From positions 1 through 55,364 of the forward strand of contig JAYEJT010000074.1 in the NCBI GenBank assembly GCA_034660675.1: a stretch of DNA of 55,364 bases. The letters are read 5' to 3'. The position numbers and the translations under genes were made by a program. Below the pieces are notes generated by a model. That model had not been told where the DNA came from. It searched no databases and worked only from the letters and a program-made list of their open reading frames with translations. Positions 18,483-28,579 of the stretch are shown in pieces; position 1 is the first letter of the stretch, and each line of letters begins with the position of its first letter. This stretch comes from Elusimicrobiota bacterium (GTDB lineage Bacteria > CG03).

Positions 18483-18908
18483 ATGACTAAAAAAGATAAA
18501 ATATGGCTTGTGACAGCGCTTCCTCTGTTTGCCGTGATGCTTATTATCATGCTGAGGGTGTTCTCCTATGATAACAGCGTGGCGGGCAGCAGTAAAATAA
18601 AAACCGTTAAATACACCATAGATCTTGACGGCGGCAAATTCATAAGTTTCTGGAGAAATTTCTACAGAATAAAAAAGAATGCCGCGGATAAACCGCTTTT
18701 TATAAGGGTGGTGTCTCCGGAAGATATGATTTACGCGATGGTTAATTTCGAAATAAAGGGAATAAACCCCGCCCGCGCGGATTTGTCGGGTGCCGCTTTT
18801 ACGGAAATAGACAAGTGGGGCGATACAATAAAATTCACAATCCGCGCCGGAAGCAGAAAGAACATAATTTTGCGCATACGGGAAAAGCCTTTGGAGAACA
18901 GCAGATGA
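18483..18908 (+). CDS. Hypothetical membrane-anchored protein
   Basis: N-terminal signal-anchor (IWLVTALPLFAVMLIIML). It is preferred over the overlapping minus-strand ORFs, which are Arg/His-rich and of low complexity. Confidence 0.35.
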   Translation: MTKKDKIWLVTALPLFAVMLIIMLRVFSYDNSVAGSSKIKTVKYTIDLDGGKFISFWRNFYRIKKNAADKPLFIRVVSPEDMIYAMVNFEIKGINPARADLSGAAFTEIDKWGDTIKFTIRAGSRKNIILRIREKPLENSR

Positions 18909-18972
18909 TGGAAGGATATTTGCCGTCAATTGAAAGGGGGGCCGGCCTGCTCACAGCCCGGCGGACAGGGAT

Positions 18973-19449
18973 ATGATAGAGGTTGATGTCCAGAGGGTGT
19001 TTTTTGATTTTGTTTCGGCTTCGGCTATGGTGATACTTGTGAATAAAGACAATAACAGGGTGATGCCGATATGGATAGGGGTTTTTGAGGCGCAGGCTAT
19101 ACAGAGCGCACTTGAGGGGGAATCTTTTAAAAGGCCGATGACGCACGATCTCTTAAAAAATATCATAGACGCTTCCGGCGGGAAATTGGATCATATTCTC
19201 ATTTCTAAGGTTATGGACAACACTTTTTACAGCCGTATATACATAGAGCGCGGAGGTGTGCAAACGGATATTGATTCGCGTCCTTCGGATTCTCTGTGTA
19301 TGGCCGTAAAATCAGGCGCGAAAATATATGTCGCGGACAAAATATATGATAAGTTTGAGCCGCGTGAGGAATTTGAAAAAAAGCTAAAGAGCGATTTTTA
19401 CAGCATGTTCCTCGGAAGTATGAACAAAAATGAATTGAAAAAAGCGTGA
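18973..19449 (+). CDS. Bifunctional nuclease (BFN/DUF151 family)
   Basis: The core VMPIWIGVFEAQAIQSALEG...RPMTHDLL matches the BFN fold signature. Confidence 0.75.
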   Translation: MIEVDVQRVFFDFVSASAMVILVNKDNNRVMPIWIGVFEAQAIQSALEGESFKRPMTHDLLKNIIDASGGKLDHILISKVMDNTFYSRIYIERGGVQTDIDSRPSDSLCMAVKSGAKIYVADKIYDKFEPREEFEKKLKSDFYSMFLGSMNKNELKKA

Positions 19450-19465
19450 GAGTTAAAATTGAGAT

Positions 19466-19981
19466 ATGAGAAAAACAAAAAATAAAACAAAACCGGGGAA
19501 GAGCCGGGCTGTTTATCCCGGCAGTTTTGATCCCGTGACCAGGGGGCACATAGATGTGGCCAGGCGCGCGATATCGCTTTTTGACGAAGTCGTGATAGCT
19601 GTTATAAACAATCCTTCGAAAAAAACGTGTTTTACCGTGCGGGAAAGGGTTTCTATGCTGAAAAAGGCGTTTGCGCGCGAGGGCCTTGATAAGGTGAAGG
19701 TGGATTCATTTGAGGGACTGCTGGTTAATTATATGAAAAACATCAAAGCCGGAATTATAGTCAGGGGCCTTCGGGCGGTCAGTGATTTTGAATATGAATT
19801 TCAGATGGCTCTTATGAACAGAAAACTTGCCCCCGGAATTGAAACCGTGTTTTTTATGACTGACGCTAAATACGCTTATTTGAGTTCGTCCATTGTTAAA
19901 GAAGTTGCTTTTCTCGGGGGAGATGTGTCCTCAGCCGTTCCTTTGCCGGCGGCGGTAAAACTAAAGGAGAAGAAAGTATGA
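19466..19981 (+). CDS. coaD: Phosphopantetheine adenylyltransferase
   Basis: AVYPGSFDPVTRGHIDV with the T/HxGH motif. There is a 15-aa Lys-rich N-terminal extension. Confidence 0.9.
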   Translation: MRKTKNKTKPGKSRAVYPGSFDPVTRGHIDVARRAISLFDEVVIAVINNPSKKTCFTVRERVSMLKKAFAREGLDKVKVDSFEGLLVNYMKNIKAGIIVRGLRAVSDFEYEFQMALMNRKLAPGIETVFFMTDAKYAYLSSSIVKEVAFLGGDVSSAVPLPAAVKLKEKKV

Positions 19982-21612
19982 ATTCGGTTGTTGTTGCTTT
20001 GGTGTCGCTCGTCTTGTTTGCGGCGGGTTACAGATATTATGAGGCGAAGATGAAAAGTGTCTGGAAGATTTCAAAAGACAATGTCACGCCGGCTCATGAG
20101 AAATATAACGGTGTGGATTTTGTGCCGGCCCGCAACTGGTTTTTTCTGTTCGGGCACCATTTTTCATCCATCGCCGGAGCGGGACCCATCCTCGGCCCTG
20201 TGATAGCGTGTGCCATATGGGGCTGGCTGCCCGCCCTCGTATGGGTTGTTCTGGGCTCGGTGTTTATAGGAGGGCCGCACGATTTTTCGGCGCTGATGAT
20301 TTCTGTCAGAAACGGCGGGGCGTCCATCGCGGACGTGTCGGAGGAGCTGCTGGGCAGAACCGCGCGCTTTTTCTTTTCGGTTTTTATTTTTCTCGCGCTT
20401 ATTCTTGTTATAGCGGTTTTTGCCATTGTTACGGCAAAAACGCTTATTGCAACACCGCAGATAGTGATACCGACTTTCGGTCTCATATTTGTGGCTGTGC
20501 TGACGGGGGTAATGCTTTACCGCTGGAAAATGAACGCGGCAGCGGCAACCGTTATTGGTTTGGCGCTTATGGCGCTGCTCGTCGCGGCGGGCCAAAAGTA
20601 TCCTCTCGGCCTGAACTGCGCCGAACCTCTGCGTGTGTGGATACTGGTTCTTCTGGTTTACGCCGGCACCGCTTCGGTGCTGCCGGTAAATATTCTGCTT
20701 CAGCCGAGGGATTATCTTTCTTCTTATTTTTTGTTTGCCGGATTGCTTATGGGCTATGCCGGAATTTTTATCTCGCATCCCGTCATAAACGCTCCGGCGG
20801 TTGTCTTGTTTGGCACCGATAAAGGTTTTGTGTGGCCCACTTTGTGTATTATTGTCGCTTGCGGGGCCATATCCGGATTCCATTCTCTTGTGGCGTCGGG
20901 AACGACTTCCAAACAGATCTCCGATGAGAGAGACGCTTTTAAGATTGGTTACGGAACCATGATTCTTGAGGGAATTCTTGCGGTGCTGGCCATAATAGCC
21001 GTGACGGCCGGACTCGGGTGGACCGGCGCCGGTTCTTATCCGGCGATGGTTTCCGGCGGTGACTGGATAGGGACTTTTGCGGCGGGTTTCGGGAACATAT
21101 CCAGGCCTGTTGCCGGAAAATGGGGTTTTGTCTTTGCCATGATAATGCTCAATGCTTTTGTCATGACCACGCTTGATTCGGCCACGAGGATCACCAGATA
21201 CATAGGGCAGGAGTTGTTCGGCGGCTTTCTTAAAATCCGTATATTGAAAAACAGTTTTGCTGTGACAGCGCTGATTCTTGTCGCGGTGTGGTGGTTTTCA
21301 ACCGGCCCGCAGGCGAGGATATGGCCGCTTTTCGGCGCGTCAAATCAGCTGATTGCGGCGCTCGGGCTTCTTGTTGCGGCGGCTTATCTTTTTGCGAAAA
21401 AAAAGCCGGCCGCACACATTGTTGTGCCCGGCGTGTTCATGCTCGTTACCACGATCGCTGCCCTTGTTTTTGAGATGATCAGAAATTTCGGCGAAAACAC
21501 TTTTCTTTTTACGCTGGCGTTTTTTCTGCTGGCCATGGCATTTTTTATGATAATTGCCGCGGCGAAACAAATATTAAAAGAACGGGCGAAGTCATCCGGG
21601 GGGAGGCAATAA
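19978..21612 (+). CDS. cstA: Carbon starvation protein A (peptide/pyruvate transporter family)
   Basis: 544 aa and polytopic, with the CstA N-terminal signature (FGHHFSSIAGAGPILGPV). Confidence 0.85.
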   Translation: MNSVVVALVSLVLFAAGYRYYEAKMKSVWKISKDNVTPAHEKYNGVDFVPARNWFFLFGHHFSSIAGAGPILGPVIACAIWGWLPALVWVVLGSVFIGGPHDFSALMISVRNGGASIADVSEELLGRTARFFFSVFIFLALILVIAVFAIVTAKTLIATPQIVIPTFGLIFVAVLTGVMLYRWKMNAAAATVIGLALMALLVAAGQKYPLGLNCAEPLRVWILVLLVYAGTASVLPVNILLQPRDYLSSYFLFAGLLMGYAGIFISHPVINAPAVVLFGTDKGFVWPTLCIIVACGAISGFHSLVASGTTSKQISDERDAFKIGYGTMILEGILAVLAIIAVTAGLGWTGAGSYPAMVSGGDWIGTFAAGFGNISRPVAGKWGFVFAMIMLNAFVMTTLDSATRITRYIGQELFGGFLKIRILKNSFAVTALILVAVWWFSTGPQARIWPLFGASNQLIAALGLLVAAAYLFAKKKPAAHIVVPGVFMLVTTIAALVFEMIRNFGENTFLFTLAFFLLAMAFFMIIAAAKQILKERAKSSGGRQ

Positions 21613-22919
21613 TGACTAAAGTTTTTGTTTTGGATACCAATGTGCTGATACACAATCCGGATAGTATTTTTTCGTTTGGAGACAACAATGTGGTGCTGCC
21701 GATAACCGTTATAGAAGAGCTGGACGGTTTGAAAAAAATGCATGACGAGAGAGGCAAAAGCGCCAGAAGCGCTTCGCGCCGTATTGACGGGCTGAGAAAA
21801 AGGGGCTCTCTGGTGAAAGGTGTAAAAAGCCGCTCGGGCGGCACCGTGAGGGTGATGATAGGCGAGGGTGAAAAACTTCCCGCTTCTTTTGCCTCAAAAG
21901 CCGACAACACGATTCTTTCTTTTGCTATGCGGCTTAACAAAACCGAGGGCGGGGTCGTTTTTATTTCAAAAGATATAAATATGAGGATAAAGGCGCAGGT
22001 TCTCGGTCTTGAAACCGAGGACTATGAGACGATGAAAGTTAATTTTTCGGAGCTCTATAACGGTTGGCGTGAAATAGAGCTTTCTCCTGATAAAGTAAAT
22101 AAATTTTATTCAGACGGTGCTCTCGAGCTTGAAGAAGCAAAATTTTTAGAAAATGAGTTTTTAATAATGAAGAACTCCGCTGATGGCAAGCAGACGGCAC
22201 TTGCAAGGGTTAAAAAAGGAAAAGCCGTGAAGCTTCTTCAGTCCAAGACCATGCTATGGGGTGTGAAGGCACTCAATGTGCAGCAGACATTTGCCATGGA
22301 AAGTTTGCTGGATGACAAGATAAAACTTGTGGCATTCCTCGGTATTGCGGGGACGGGTAAAACTCTTTTGGCGCTCGCCGGCGGCTTGTCAAAAGTTTTT
22401 GACGATAACGCTTACCGCAAGCTGCTCATTTCCCGTCCTGTCGTGGCGATGGGCAAGGATATAGGTTATCTTCCCGGTACCAAAGAGGAAAAACTTGCTC
22501 CGTGGATGAGGGCTGTTAATGATAATCTGGAATTCCTTGTTTCCGCTTCGGGCAAAGGCGACATGGGCGGAGAGGATATGGAGTCTCAGGTGGACTGGCT
22601 TTTTTCCTCGGGAAAAATAGAGGTGGAGGCGCTGACATATATAAGGGGCAGAAGCATTCCTAAACAGTTCATGATTGTGGACGAAGCTCAAAATCTCACG
22701 CCCCATGAGTTGAAAACTATTATTTCACGCGCGGGAGAAGACACAAAAATAGTGCTGACCGGAGATCCTTATCAGATTGACAATCCTTATCTTGACGCTT
22801 CATCCAACGGGCTGACTTATGTCATAGAGAGATTCAAAGGGCAGGAAGTGTTTTCCAGCCTGACTTTTGTGAAATCCGAACGAAGTCCCCTGGCCCGGCT
22901 GGCCGCGGAATTGCTATGA
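21612..22919 (+). CDS. PhoH2-type protein: N-terminal PIN nuclease domain fused to a PhoH-like ATPase
   Basis: The PIN N-terminus is VFVLDTNVLIHNP. The PhoH part has Walker A GIAGTGKT and Walker B MIVDEAQN. Confidence 0.85.
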   Translation: MTKVFVLDTNVLIHNPDSIFSFGDNNVVLPITVIEELDGLKKMHDERGKSARSASRRIDGLRKRGSLVKGVKSRSGGTVRVMIGEGEKLPASFASKADNTILSFAMRLNKTEGGVVFISKDINMRIKAQVLGLETEDYETMKVNFSELYNGWREIELSPDKVNKFYSDGALELEEAKFLENEFLIMKNSADGKQTALARVKKGKAVKLLQSKTMLWGVKALNVQQTFAMESLLDDKIKLVAFLGIAGTGKTLLALAGGLSKVFDDNAYRKLLISRPVVAMGKDIGYLPGTKEEKLAPWMRAVNDNLEFLVSASGKGDMGGEDMESQVDWLFSSGKIEVEALTYIRGRSIPKQFMIVDEAQNLTPHELKTIISRAGEDTKIVLTGDPYQIDNPYLDASSNGLTYVIERFKGQEVFSSLTFVKSERSPLARLAAELL

Positions 22920-23809
22920 ACGCAGAAGCCATCAGCAAAGAAATGTGTGTGGATCTTCATCTGCACACATATTTTTCCGACGGTGCATCCAGCCCGGAGG
23001 AGGTGATAAGAATGGCTTGTGTCCGTGGACTCAGCGCCATAGCCCTCACGGATCACGACACGACTGACGGCGTGGAGAGAGGAATCCTTGCGGGAGCCCG
23101 TTACGGCGTGGAGGTGATCCCTGCCATTGAACTTTCCACGAAGGGCCTCGCTGCCGGCCACGACGAGATACACATACTGGGTTATTACATAAACTGGCGC
23201 ACGGTTTATTTTCAGAAGAAGCTCGCTCTTTTTCGCGGCGCCAGGCTTAAAAGGGCGCACGCTATTTGCGATAAGCTGAACGATCTGGGAATACCCGTAG
23301 ACAGAAGAATCATATTTGAAATGGAAGGGCAGGGCAGTGTTGGCAGAATGCATATTGCCAAAGCTCTTTTCTCCGGCGGTTACGTCAAGGATTTAGACGA
23401 GGCTTTTAGTAAATACCTGATAAGGGGAAAGCCCGCTTTTGTGGAACGAATTAGATTCCTGCCGGAAGAGGCTATTGATATGATACGGAATATAGGCGGC
23501 ATTCCGGTGCTTGCGCATCCGAAATTCGGGGTGCCCACAAAAAAAATAGCGAAATATCTTGTCAGAAAGGGGCTTCAGGGCATAGAAGCGCACTACCTCG
23601 GGCACACGGAAGACGAAACCAAAAAATATCTTTCATGGGCAGAGGAAATGAATCTGCTTGTCACCGGCGGTTCCGACAGCCACGGTGAGCTTCCCGGAAG
23701 ACCGGAAGCCATAGGCCGCCAGTATGTGCCGTATACATCGGTGGTGAAAATGAAAGAGTTTAAATACATGATGATGAGAAGGAATATGAGGTTATTTGAG
23801 GAAGTATGA
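22916..23809 (+). CDS. PHP-domain phosphoesterase (TrpH/RNase AM-like)
   Basis: N-terminal VDLHLHTYFSDG with HxH...D. Further motifs are ALTDHD and GSDSHG. Confidence 0.75.
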   Translation: MNAEAISKEMCVDLHLHTYFSDGASSPEEVIRMACVRGLSAIALTDHDTTDGVERGILAGARYGVEVIPAIELSTKGLAAGHDEIHILGYYINWRTVYFQKKLALFRGARLKRAHAICDKLNDLGIPVDRRIIFEMEGQGSVGRMHIAKALFSGGYVKDLDEAFSKYLIRGKPAFVERIRFLPEEAIDMIRNIGGIPVLAHPKFGVPTKKIAKYLVRKGLQGIEAHYLGHTEDETKKYLSWAEEMNLLVTGGSDSHGELPGRPEAIGRQYVPYTSVVKMKEFKYMMMRRNMRLFEEV

Positions 23810-25095
23810 TGAAGAAACGATTTTACAATGAATATTACGGTAGTTCCGTGGTACGCGACTTGGTGAAAAGGCAGTTCCGTGACGCGGCTTTTGCTGTCGG
23901 GAGCGGTCCCATTTTGAAAGATAAGAAATGGCATTTTCCGGTGAAAATTTCTCCCGTGAGCGGTCTGGATGTGTTTATGGATGAGGGCCTTGATATCTAC
24001 AGGCCGGCTGTTTCGACGGGAGATTCTTTTTACATATTCTGGGATCTTGAATATTACAACAAAAAACAGAGATCCTATGTTTACAGGCATCAGCGCGAGG
24101 TTTTTGAATGGATGGAACCTTTTATAAAACAGATAAGCGGCAGGCTGGACGGATACGGGATAAATTATATTCTTGATACCACCGCGTCGGGGTATCATTA
24201 CTGGATGAAAATTTCAAAAAAATCCGAGGTTTTCAAAATGCTCGCGAAAGAGGGTTTTATCACTAAGAGCCTGAAAGAAAAGTATAAGCAGGTTTTTCCC
24301 GGCGATGTGAAGCGCTCAAAGCCTGTGTCCGAAGATGATGGCCGGGCTTATGATTGTGCGGGGAAGCTGCTTGAATACATTTCACAGAGGATACGTCTGG
24401 AAATGGCTCCGGGCGCCGCCAAGCTTGATATAACTGTTTCCGATGCTCCTGTTGCCGGCAGCGGCCGTCATGACGGTTTTTCGTCGGACATAACACAGTA
24501 TGCACATCCGCTGTACATGAGAGTTTTCAGGGTGATAGGCTCTCTCCATCAGAAAAACATACTTCATTACGGCGGGAGGTCGCCGGCCGTTGATATCGTC
24601 AGAGCGGGGGATATGTCCGTTGATGAAGTGCTTGACCGCATGTGGAATGCGGGCAAGGCGGTGGAAATAGCCGGAGATTCCCGTTCGGAACTTGATTATT
24701 CGGATACGGGTTTTTTAAAACTTTTCAGTGAATATAAAAAAAGCAAGACGAGGAAATTTCACAGAGAATTTGAGGCCGCCGCTCCGGAAAAACTGAAGAT
24801 TGAGAGCGAGCCGGAAAAAATAAAAAAGTATTTTACCGGAAAAAAAGTCAACCCGTCGCTGCTTGAGCCCTCTGCCCTGCAGTTAATGATAAATTATTAT
24901 TCCGCCAGGAGCACGGAACAGCTCAAGGGCCTGCTCGAGGCTATAACCGGCCGCTACAATGATCCGTCTTACCGCTGGTATAACAATGAGCGTTTTACGG
25001 GGATAGACTGGAGAAAATACGACGCTGCCCAGGCCGCTCATTTCTGGGGCAGAGTTTATTTTACACAGTACAGGCTAGATAATAAAAATGGATAA
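23806..25095 (+). CDS. Hypothetical protein (no recognisable domain), translationally coupled between the PHP gene and clpC
   Basis: 429 aa. Start and stop overlap the neighbouring genes (ATGA at 23806 and 25088-25095). The sequence is not of low complexity. Confidence 0.4.
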   Translation: MMKKRFYNEYYGSSVVRDLVKRQFRDAAFAVGSGPILKDKKWHFPVKISPVSGLDVFMDEGLDIYRPAVSTGDSFYIFWDLEYYNKKQRSYVYRHQREVFEWMEPFIKQISGRLDGYGINYILDTTASGYHYWMKISKKSEVFKMLAKEGFITKSLKEKYKQVFPGDVKRSKPVSEDDGRAYDCAGKLLEYISQRIRLEMAPGAAKLDITVSDAPVAGSGRHDGFSSDITQYAHPLYMRVFRVIGSLHQKNILHYGGRSPAVDIVRAGDMSVDEVLDRMWNAGKAVEIAGDSRSELDYSDTGFLKLFSEYKKSKTRKFHREFEAAAPEKLKIESEPEKIKKYFTGKKVNPSLLEPSALQLMINYYSARSTEQLKGLLEAITGRYNDPSYRWYNNERFTGIDWRKYDAAQAAHFWGRVYFTQYRLDNKNG

Positions 25096-27541
25096 CAGGT
25101 TTACGAAAAGGGCCCAGCGGGTGCTTGCCAATGCGGACAAAGCGGCGAAAGGTATGAATCACTCTTACATAGGAAGTGAGCACGTGCTTATGGGTATTTT
25201 AATGCTCAGTGACGGAATAGCCGTGCAGATTCTTGCCGCGCTGGGTGTAAAGGCCGAGAATATGATTGATGATATAAGCCGCTTGCTCGGGGAGGGGGAC
25301 AATCTCATCCGTCTGGGGCCTATTCCTTTTTCGCCGCGTGCCAAAAGAATAATAAACACCGCTTCGGAAGAGGCCAAGTCTCTCGGGCAGCCCTTTGTGG
25401 GAACGGAGCACATACTCCTTGCGGTGCTCAGGGAGGAAAGCAGTATTGCCGCTCAGGTGTTGAAATCAGCGGGTATCAATTACGAAAATGTGGCGGATTA
25501 TTTGAAAGAAGAGCCGGGGGAAGGGGAAAATTTTTATCAGGAGCCGAAAAAAAATACGAATTTCGCCCCGTCTGTCAAAACCCCCCTTCTTAATAAATTC
25601 AGCAGAGACCTCACAAAAGCCGCTCGTGACGGTGAGCTGGATCCGATAGTCGGGCGGGAGAAAGAAGTCTCGCGGATTATACAGATCCTGTGCAGGCGTA
25701 CAAAAAATAATCCTGTTCTTATAGGAGATCCGGGGGTCGGCAAAACCGCCGTGGTGGAGGGAATAGCCCAGAATATCATCGGCGAAACGGTGCCGGATAT
25801 AATTAGCGGAAAAAGAGTGGTGTCTCTTGATATGGGTTCAATCGTGGCCGGTACCAAATACAGGGGGGAGTTTGAGGACAGGATGAGAAAACTTCTTGAT
25901 GAAATCAAGAAAGAAAAGGGCAAAATAATTCTTTTTATAGACGAGCTTCATCTTGTGGTCGGCAGCGGCTCAGCCGAAGGTGCTCCGCTGGATGCCGCTA
26001 ATATGCTCAAGCCTCTTCTCGCCCGCGGCGAGCTTCAGTGTGTCGGGGCGACAACCCTGAATGAATACAGGAAACACATTGAAAAAGATACCGCTTTGGC
26101 AAGGCGTTTTCAGCCGGTTATGCTTGAAGCCCCGACAGTTGAAGAAACCGTTGAGATACTGAAAGGTCTCAGGGACAAATATGAGGCTTATCACGGCGTC
26201 AGGTATACCGACGGGGCTCTCGCGGCAGCCGCGAAACTTTCGGATAGATACATAACTGACAGGTTTCTTCCGGACAAAGCCATAGATCTTATGGATGAGG
26301 CGGGCAGTGAACTCAGGATAAAAAAATCCGCGCATTCTCCGGAATTTACGGCGCTGCAGAAAAAAATTAAACAAACGCGTTCTGAAAAAGCGGAAGCCAT
26401 TTCCGGCCAGGAATTTGAAAAAGCCGCGCTGCTGAAAAAGGAAGAAGCTCATCTCACCGGAGAAATCAGGAAAATAAAAGACGCAGACAAGAGCGATAAA
26501 AAAGTGTCAGAGGTATCGGCCGATGACATTGCCCGCATTGTCGCCGGGGTTACGGGTATTCCTGTTTTTAAGCTGACGGAAAAAGAATCCTCAAGGCTTC
26601 TGAATATGGAAAAAGAGCTGCACAGGGATATTGTGTCTCAGGATGAGGCCATAAGCGTTGTGTCCAGGGCACTGCGGCGCGCAAGGACGGGTTTGCATGA
26701 ATCGGGACGGCCCATAGGCTCGTTCATTTTTTTGGGCCCCACGGGTGTGGGCAAAACGTATCTGGCCCAATGCCTGTCAAAATTTCTTTTTGGCGATGAG
26801 CATTCCGTTATAAGGGTGGATATGTCCGAATACATGGAACGGCACACCGTTTCACGACTGGTGGGAGCGCCTCCCGGATATGTCGGTTACGATGAGGGTG
26901 GGATACTGACCGGCCATGTGCGCAGAAAGCCGTATTCGGTTGTTCTGCTGGATGAGATAGAGAAGGCGCATCCCGATGTGTTTAACATTCTTCTTCAGAT
27001 AATGGACTCCGGCTTTTTAACGGATTCTCTCGGGCACAAAGTGAATTTTAAAAACACCGTTCTTATTATGACAAGCAATCTTGGTGTTAAAAGCTTACAT
27101 GAAAACAGCACCATAGGGTTTGCCGAAAAATCGGAATATGATTTCAGGGAAATGGAGAATGAAATCAAAGAAGAACTGAAAAAATCTTTTCGGCCGGAAT
27201 TTCTCAACAGGATTGATGCTGCCGTTGTGTTTAAGCATCTTGCGAAAAAAGATGTTCTGCAAATTGTTGACATGCTTCTGGGGCAGCTCAAAAAACGGCT
27301 TGACGAAAAAGGCATCAGCGTTGAGTTCGGTAAAAAAACAAAAGAGTTTCTGGCAGAGAAAGGGTTTGACCGCGCAAGCGGCGCGCGTCTGCTCAAAAGA
27401 ACAATACAGGAACTTGTGGAAGACCCTCTGTCGGATAAAATTCTCTCGGGCGGGCTCGCCGGCGGCGCAAAGTTGAAAGCTGTTATTAAAGACGGCAAAA
27501 TGGAATTTCAGCCGGTGTCTTTAAAAAAGATAGCATCCTGA
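25088..27541 (+). CDS. clpC: ATP-dependent Clp protease ATP-binding subunit ClpC (Clp_N x2, two AAA+ modules, UVR linker)
   Basis: 817 aa. Walker A motifs GDPGVGKT and GPTGVGKT. The UVR-like motif [13 protein letters not shown] lies in the M-domain. Confidence 0.9.
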   Translation: MDNRFTKRAQRVLANADKAAKGMNHSYIGSEHVLMGILMLSDGIAVQILAALGVKAENMIDDISRLLGEGDNLIRLGPIPFSPRAKRIINTASEEAKSLGQPFVGTEHILLAVLREESSIAAQVLKSAGINYENVADYLKEEPGEGENFYQEPKKNTNFAPSVKTPLLNKFSRDLTKAARDGELDPIVGREKEVSRIIQILCRRTKNNPVLIGDPGVGKTAVVEGIAQNIIGETVPDIISGKRVVSLDMGSIVAGTKYRGEFEDRMRKLLDEIKKEKGKIILFIDELHLVVGSGSAEGAPLDAANMLKPLLARGELQCVGATTLNEYRKHIEKDTALARRFQPVMLEAPTVEETVEILKGLRDKYEAYHGVRYTDGALAAAAKLSDRYITDRFLPDKAIDLMDEAGSELRIKKSAHSPEFTALQKKIKQTRSEKAEAISGQEFEKAALLKKEEAHLTGEIRKIKDADKSDKKVSEVSADDIARIVAGVTGIPVFKLTEKESSRLLNMEKELHRDIVSQDEAISVVSRALRRARTGLHESGRPIGSFIFLGPTGVGKTYLAQCLSKFLFGDEHSVIRVDMSEYMERHTVSRLVGAPPGYVGYDEGGILTGHVRRKPYSVVLLDEIEKAHPDVFNILLQIMDSGFLTDSLGHKVNFKNTVLIMTSNLGVKSLHENSTIGFAEKSEYDFREMENEIKEELKKSFRPEFLNRIDAAVVFKHLAKKDVLQIVDMLLGQLKKRLDEKGISVEFGKKTKEFLAEKGFDRASGARLLKRTIQELVEDPLSDKILSGGLAGGAKLKAVIKDGKMEFQPVSLKKIAS

Positions 27542-27584
27542 CGGTTTAACAATCATATAATTCGCGGCGGAACTGCCGCGCCGA

Positions 27585-28085
27585 TTACGCCCAGACGAGC
27601 GTTTTTGTGACTTTTTCTTCTGTTTTTACCGGATAAATGCGGTAAACGAGTTCTTCGGGCTTAAACCAGAGCTTGATTTCTCTTTCCGCTTCATCGGCCG
27701 CCGAAGAGGCGTGTATTATGTTTTCAAAAAGGCCTTTGGTCGTTATTCTGCCGTAAGCTCCGCGGATTGATGTGGGATCTGCGGATTCGGGATTTGTGCC
27801 GCCGCAGATGTTGCGCACCCGGGCTATGGCGTTATCGCCGTGATACACGAGAGCGAGCACTTTTCTTCTATCGTGAAGATTTCCCATGAGATAATCAAGC
27901 AGTTCGTCAAAGAAAGGCTTATCCTGCATGTGGCGGTAATGTTCGCTTGCCAGCTCTCTGGTCACGCAAACGGCTTTTGCCGCCGCTATCTCCAGCTTTG
28001 TCTCAGACAGTCGCGTGAGGATATTCCCTGTCAGGGATTTCTTCAGTCCGTCCGGTTTTATAAGCACTAATGTTTGGTCAGCCAT
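27585..28085 (-). CDS. ndk: Nucleoside diphosphate kinase
   Basis: TLVLIKPDG, NIIHASS (active-site His) and the overall NDK pattern. There is a C-terminal extension of about 20 aa. Confidence 0.85.
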   Translation of the reverse strand: MADQTLVLIKPDGLKKSLTGNILTRLSETKLEIAAAKAVCVTRELASEHYRHMQDKPFFDELLDYLMGNLHDRRKVLALVYHGDNAIARVRNICGGTNPESADPTSIRGAYGRITTKGLFENIIHASSAADEAEREIKLWFKPEELVYRIYPVKTEEKVTKTLVWA

Positions 28086-28183
28086 AATTATCAGCAGAAT
28101 AGTAAATTAAAAAATAAAAAGCAAGAGCCGGCTTTGTTGTCCGGCGCTTGATTAAAGAATTCAGGTGTGTGATAAATGTCAAC

Positions 28184-28213
28184 TTGCATAAAAGCCTGTT
28201 TCTTGTGTATAAT
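28184..28213 (+). promoter_or_regulatory. sigma70-like promoter (-35 TTGCAT 28184-28189, 18-nt spacer, -10 TATAAT 28208-28213) 6 nt upstream of the ATG at 28220
   Basis: Read directly. It lies inside the 5' extension of tracked ORF 28148-28579. Confidence 0.45.
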
Positions 28214-28219
28214 TCAGTT

Positions 28220-28579
28220 ATGGGTATAAGGCAATCGCATAGAAAATATGACAGAATAAAAGACACCCTGCTTTTGGATGTGTACAAGCCGGGCGCTTTT
28301 CAGCCGTCCTGCCGCGCATGTCTGACGGACATCAGTGCAGGCAGTGCGGGTTTAGAGTCAACATACCGTTTCAATCTGGGAGACAGAATAAATCTTGTTT
28401 TTAAGATGCAGGTTGAAGATAATCCTGATCGCCCTGAAAAGGAATATGTGGTAGATGCCATTATCAGAAGAGTGTCGCGTTCCACGGGGACTTTTTCTTA
28501 CGGAGTTGAATTTATTGTGCGCGGATTTTTTAAGCGCTGGGCGTTAAAAAGATTTGTAAAAAAACTTCTGGGATATTGA
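28220..28579 (+). CDS. PilZ-domain (c-di-GMP-binding) protein
   Basis: RQSHRKYDR gives the RxxxR motif and DISAGSAG the D/NxSxxG motif, about 35 aa apart. The start is moved to the ATG after the promoter. Confidence 0.5.
   Translation: MGIRQSHRKYDRIKDTLLLDVYKPGAFQPSCRACLTDISAGSAGLESTYRFNLGDRINLVFKMQVEDNPDRPEKEYVVDAIIRRVSRSTGTFSYGVEFIVRGFFKRWALKRFVKKLLGY

Noticed and set aside
18471-18929. 152-aa minus-strand ORF overlapping the 18483-18908 plus-strand ORF, and the 18835-19146 minus-strand ORF
   Set aside because: They are His/Arg/Tyr-rich with no motifs. The plus-strand product has a plausible signal-anchor, and the bifunctional nuclease downstream is on the plus strand.
20164-20883. 239-aa minus-strand ORF and other ORFs inside cstA
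   Set aside because: The cstA frame is a strong full-length transporter match. The antisense ORFs are Arg-rich artefacts of GC-rich membrane codons.
27563-27582. GC hairpin (cgcggcgg-aact-gccgcgcc) between convergent clpC and ndk
   Set aside because: It is possibly a bidirectional terminator, but it has no clear U-tract on either strand and is too weak to list as a feature.
28148-28219. N-terminal extension (MIKEFRCVINVNLHKSLFLVYNSV) of tracked ORF 28148-28579
   Set aside because: It contains the TTGCAT-N18-TATAAT promoter. The PilZ domain begins right after the ATG at 28220.
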